A DNA stretch of 64,000 bases from positions 29,636,001 through 29,700,000 of the forward strand of contig OZ004610.1 in NCBI GenBank assembly GCA_963924565.1, in the 5' to 3' direction. The notes beneath the pieces are model-generated. The model was not told where the DNA came from and made no database searches. It worked only from the letters and a program-made list of their open reading frames with translations. The translations under genes and the position numbers were made by a program. This document shows positions 61,701 to 64,000 of the stretch, piece after piece. Position 1 is the stretch's first letter. Each line of letters opens with the position of its first letter. The stretch is from Ascidiella aspersa. Lineage: Eukaryota.

Positions 61701-62923
61701 AATACATAATATACATAGCAAAGCAGTAATAAAATTAATAAAAAAAACAAAAACATAAGAAAGCAGTATAGATGCCAGTGTATAGGCAATATATATATAT
61801 TCCTTTAAAAAATTCCTGATTATGGTTTTACTCGGGCTTTTAAAATTCGAGTTTTATTGTTAATTAGCGGAACAGCGATCGACAAGCAGAAACGTGCTGC
61901 CAATGGTTTTGGATTCCATCAAGATGCGCCTATTTATAGAACCTTATTCCGTGTCTTAACCCCACCTCCTCCGTGATCGTAGTTGGCCCCGGTCTTCCTC
62001 TGTTGTCCCATATTCCCGCGTCCCAACCTCCAGTTGAAGTCATCCTGGTCGGCCGAGTCCTGGATGTTGGCCCAAGCGCACATTCGACTGTCGAAGTCGC
62101 ATTTAAGGTCTGGGCAGAGAACAAACGATAATAGGCAAAGTTTGTACAAGAGTGAGACTTTTAAAGGAAAAATAACGGCCTTGTAAACGGACTATTTTAA
62201 AAACAAGGCTGAGATTGTCCGATGTTGACTCGGGACTGAGACCTCATGGAATCGGCAAATTTAGGCCAAGTAGTGCCCGGGACTCACACTCCACGTTTAT
62301 TGTCAAGCAGATTCGGACTCTGGTTGTTTTAACCGACTCCAGCCCTGTTTTAAAATTTACTGGTGAAGATGTTTTTCAAGTAGTAGTCTTTCTAGGGATG
62401 ACTGTTACTTGGAATTTTAGTTCGATATCTTTCACCCGTTTTTTTTGGCAAAAAGAACCGCAATGCGATCTGATAATAAGTAACGTCAATACAATCGTAA
62501 AATTTGTTTACAAAAATATTGAAGTTTATCGTGTTTAATTTATATATGTGTCTGATACTTAACTCCAATCAAATTGATTTACTGTGAGTCCTTGACTTCT
62601 TAACATTACTTAATATTAACACCAAGATTGTCAATACCTTAAAAGAAGTAACTATAGCCCATTGGCGTTATTTATCGCAACACTAAAAATATTGGAGATA
62701 GAGAGAAATTGATCTTCGGATGTAAACTCAGTCATAAACCGGCGTTTCTGTAGCAGATACCAGTAGGGCTTATAATTAAGACTGTATACGGTAAGTCTCT
62801 TGGTAACTTACTTCTGGAGGCTTGTGACGCGACGCAGCATAACGCCACCAAAAAAGTGAAGAGCGCAACGAGTTTCTTTTCGCAAGTATTCCTACGCAGC
62901 TCAACTTCTTGTATCAGCAGCAT
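55337..62923 (-). CDS. MAM-domain single-pass type I membrane glycoprotein; join(62812..62923,61966..62109,59331..59447,58761..58879,57764..57893,56318..56460,55337..55705), 377 aa
   Basis: Seven exons with GT-AG borders and matching phases (1,1,1,0,1,0) sum to 1134 nt. MAM hallmarks: CDFDSRMCAW, DDFNW, DH, GGYMFI, AKLVSP, CFEFWYFMRG, LWNLRGHQASTW, IVIEA, ILIDD. These are followed by a Thr/Ser-rich stalk, TM (VGIVVSVVLVVAVLSVALAYYV), RRRK stop-transfer and a short tail. Confidence 0.9.
55769..55962. repeat. Intronic direct duplication (~65 bp, 2 copies)
   Basis: ccaatgtaaaaata.gcc.aa..gcgtgaatt..aat.gaaatttact.tttgacatact at ~55769 and ~55899. Confidence 0.75.
56318..56460 (-). CDS. MAM protein exon 6 (mucin-like stalk)
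   Basis: TPSYAKPKMVDTTTTPLMTTVAMATTLGSSPESATSQVMTQHNRVGQ; acceptor tgttttttctag, donor GTAAGA. Confidence 0.85.
57764..57893 (-). CDS. MAM protein exon 5 (MAM C-terminus)
   Basis: IPLGPLQRTHIVIEAFDWAKGRKGNILIDDTSLKLVTPTTSCE; donor GTAAGT. Confidence 0.88.
58523..58654. repeat. Intronic inverted repeat (foldback)
   Basis: gtaatcaggtgg..tataaagacaaattgtattg pairs with caatacaatttgtctttata..ccacctgattac. Confidence 0.75.
58761..58879 (-). CDS. MAM protein exon 4
   Basis: GKTLGHLAIYTTTNRNNVTENSKLLWNLRGHQASTWLPAK; donor GTAAAT, phase 0. Confidence 0.88.
59331..59447 (-). CDS. MAM protein exon 3
   Basis: GGYMFIKSKSRGNRTAKLVSPPITKTSQTCFEFWYFMR; acceptor tttgtatttgtag, donor GTTTGT. Confidence 0.9.
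59543..60836. mobile_element. Non-autonomous Tc1/mariner(pogo)-type element in MAM gene intron 2
   Basis: TA TSD on both sides, TIRs GGGGAAGGTTGC..GATGGGAC / GTCCCATC..GCAACCTTCCCC, and internal GATGGGAC/GTCCCATC repeats (~59757, 59778, 60455). No transposase ORF. Confidence 0.8.
61966..62109 (-). CDS. MAM protein exon 2 (MAM N-terminus)
   Basis: LKCDFDSRMCAWANIQDSADQDDFNWRLGRGNMGQQRKTGANYDHGG; acceptor 62110-62112, donor GTGGGG at 61965. Confidence 0.88.
62812..62923 (-). CDS. MAM protein exon 1 (signal peptide)
   Basis: MLLIQEVELRRNTCEKKLVALFTFLVALCCVASQASR; donor GTAAGT at 62811, phase 1. Confidence 0.75.
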
Positions 62924-64000
62924 CGTTCTGATGCAACTCTATAGGCTACTTCCGAGTGGCGGCCGCTGGGCAAAGTGTACAAATGATTTGGGAAACGATC
63001 GCCTATATTATTAAATTCCTGAGATTGGTTCCGCGCAAAAAAGTACACACCGCAGATGAAAAGCTACCGGTACATTAAAACTAGGCGTTTTTTCCTGTGA
63101 AAACGATGCACTTGAAGTAGTTATGGAGCATTTAACATTTGTTTTATGAAATATTTAAGGAACAATTTATATTCTAGAATTTGTTTCCCTCTAATATGCC
63201 ATATGCTTGAAGCCTAAATTGAAACTGTACAAAGCTAAGTACAAAACCGTGTCCGACTTTTTCTTTAGGTTTTTTACTCTTTGCGAACAATTGTATAAGA
63301 TTGCTGTGAAGACCTACTCTAAAGGAATCTATTCAACAGGTGAATTGTAAATAAGATTTAAAGTTGACAATAAGCAATGTTATTTTCTACCAAAGCCTGC
63401 AAAACTATGAGATAAAAGTAATGGCATGGAATTTCTAATATATTAGAAGACTTGTTGAGGAAATTGTTGCATCATTGCGGTTTTAACGCAACCTAAAGTT
63501 GGATAGTATTTTTCATTTTGTCCTGTGTGCTCAAGACACTTTATTTTCGTATTGATGTAGGCTACTTAAGTCAAGTTTACTCATCAAGTTTATAATAGTT
63601 AACTTCTTCTGCATTGTCTCACGAATTGATGAAACGCACTTCCTCAGCTATACTTAATGCCGGTAAGCGCGATGATCGCCTACCATTAAACCTACATTTA
63701 TGGATCCTGCATTTCGACCGGCATGCTTGGCCAAAATCGATTTTCACAAAAGATGCGGCACTGGTGACGTTTCGCCTAATTCATCAAAGGGGAGGGGGCA
63801 CACTAACTGTCCGACAACTATATCTTGGAAACATGTCTAAAAATTCGAATAAAACTCTTGAGGCCGGCCAAATGGTCTGAACTGCCTCTAAACACCCGTT
63901 TGTACGCGAAACTTTACTGCCGGGCTTCACACAGATCGCGCGGGTCCAAAAATCGCCACGCCCGAGTCGGGTCTGCCAAGCGCCGAACCCATTCACAAAC

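Noticed and set aside
1-64000. CRISPR arrays, tRNA/rRNA genes, prokaryotic operons, autonomous transposase/RT genes
   Set aside because: No regular repeat-spacer array, no cloverleaf or rRNA signature, and no long ORF. The sequence is intron-containing animal DNA.

Overview
Eukaryotic (animal) genomic DNA of roughly 40% GC by eye, with spliced GT-AG genes, many MITEs and no obvious intergenic CpG depletion. The style suggests an invertebrate chordate, probably an ascidian; this is inference. Almost all ORFs in the supplied track are noise, but two spliced minus-strand genes can be rebuilt by hand. (1) At ~3.45-6.1 kb is a secreted prohormone gene that the ORF track misses. It has a signal peptide, an RKR site and a 39-aa PTH/PTHrP-like peptide (HAEISLNSALARHHQDLQRMLIINGLVSDLNSDSYAVKL-GKK). 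With the best-fitting splice acceptor, a second 41-42-aa helical peptide with CRH/urocortin-like features follows on its own exon. (2) At 55.3-62.9 kb is a 7-exon, 377-aa type I membrane protein: signal/hydrophobic segment, MAM domain, Ser/Thr stalk, TM helix and a Tyr-motif tail. Between them lies a ~47-kb gene-free region upstream of the hormone gene. It consists of CpG-rich modules alternating with AT-rich spacers and carries many perfect CRE palindromes, a CTCF-like site, several hAT-type MITEs and short tandem duplications. The best candidate for an undescribed system is a single precursor that may release both PTH-like and CRH-like class B1 GPCR ligands, under a large and possibly cAMP-responsive enhancer field.
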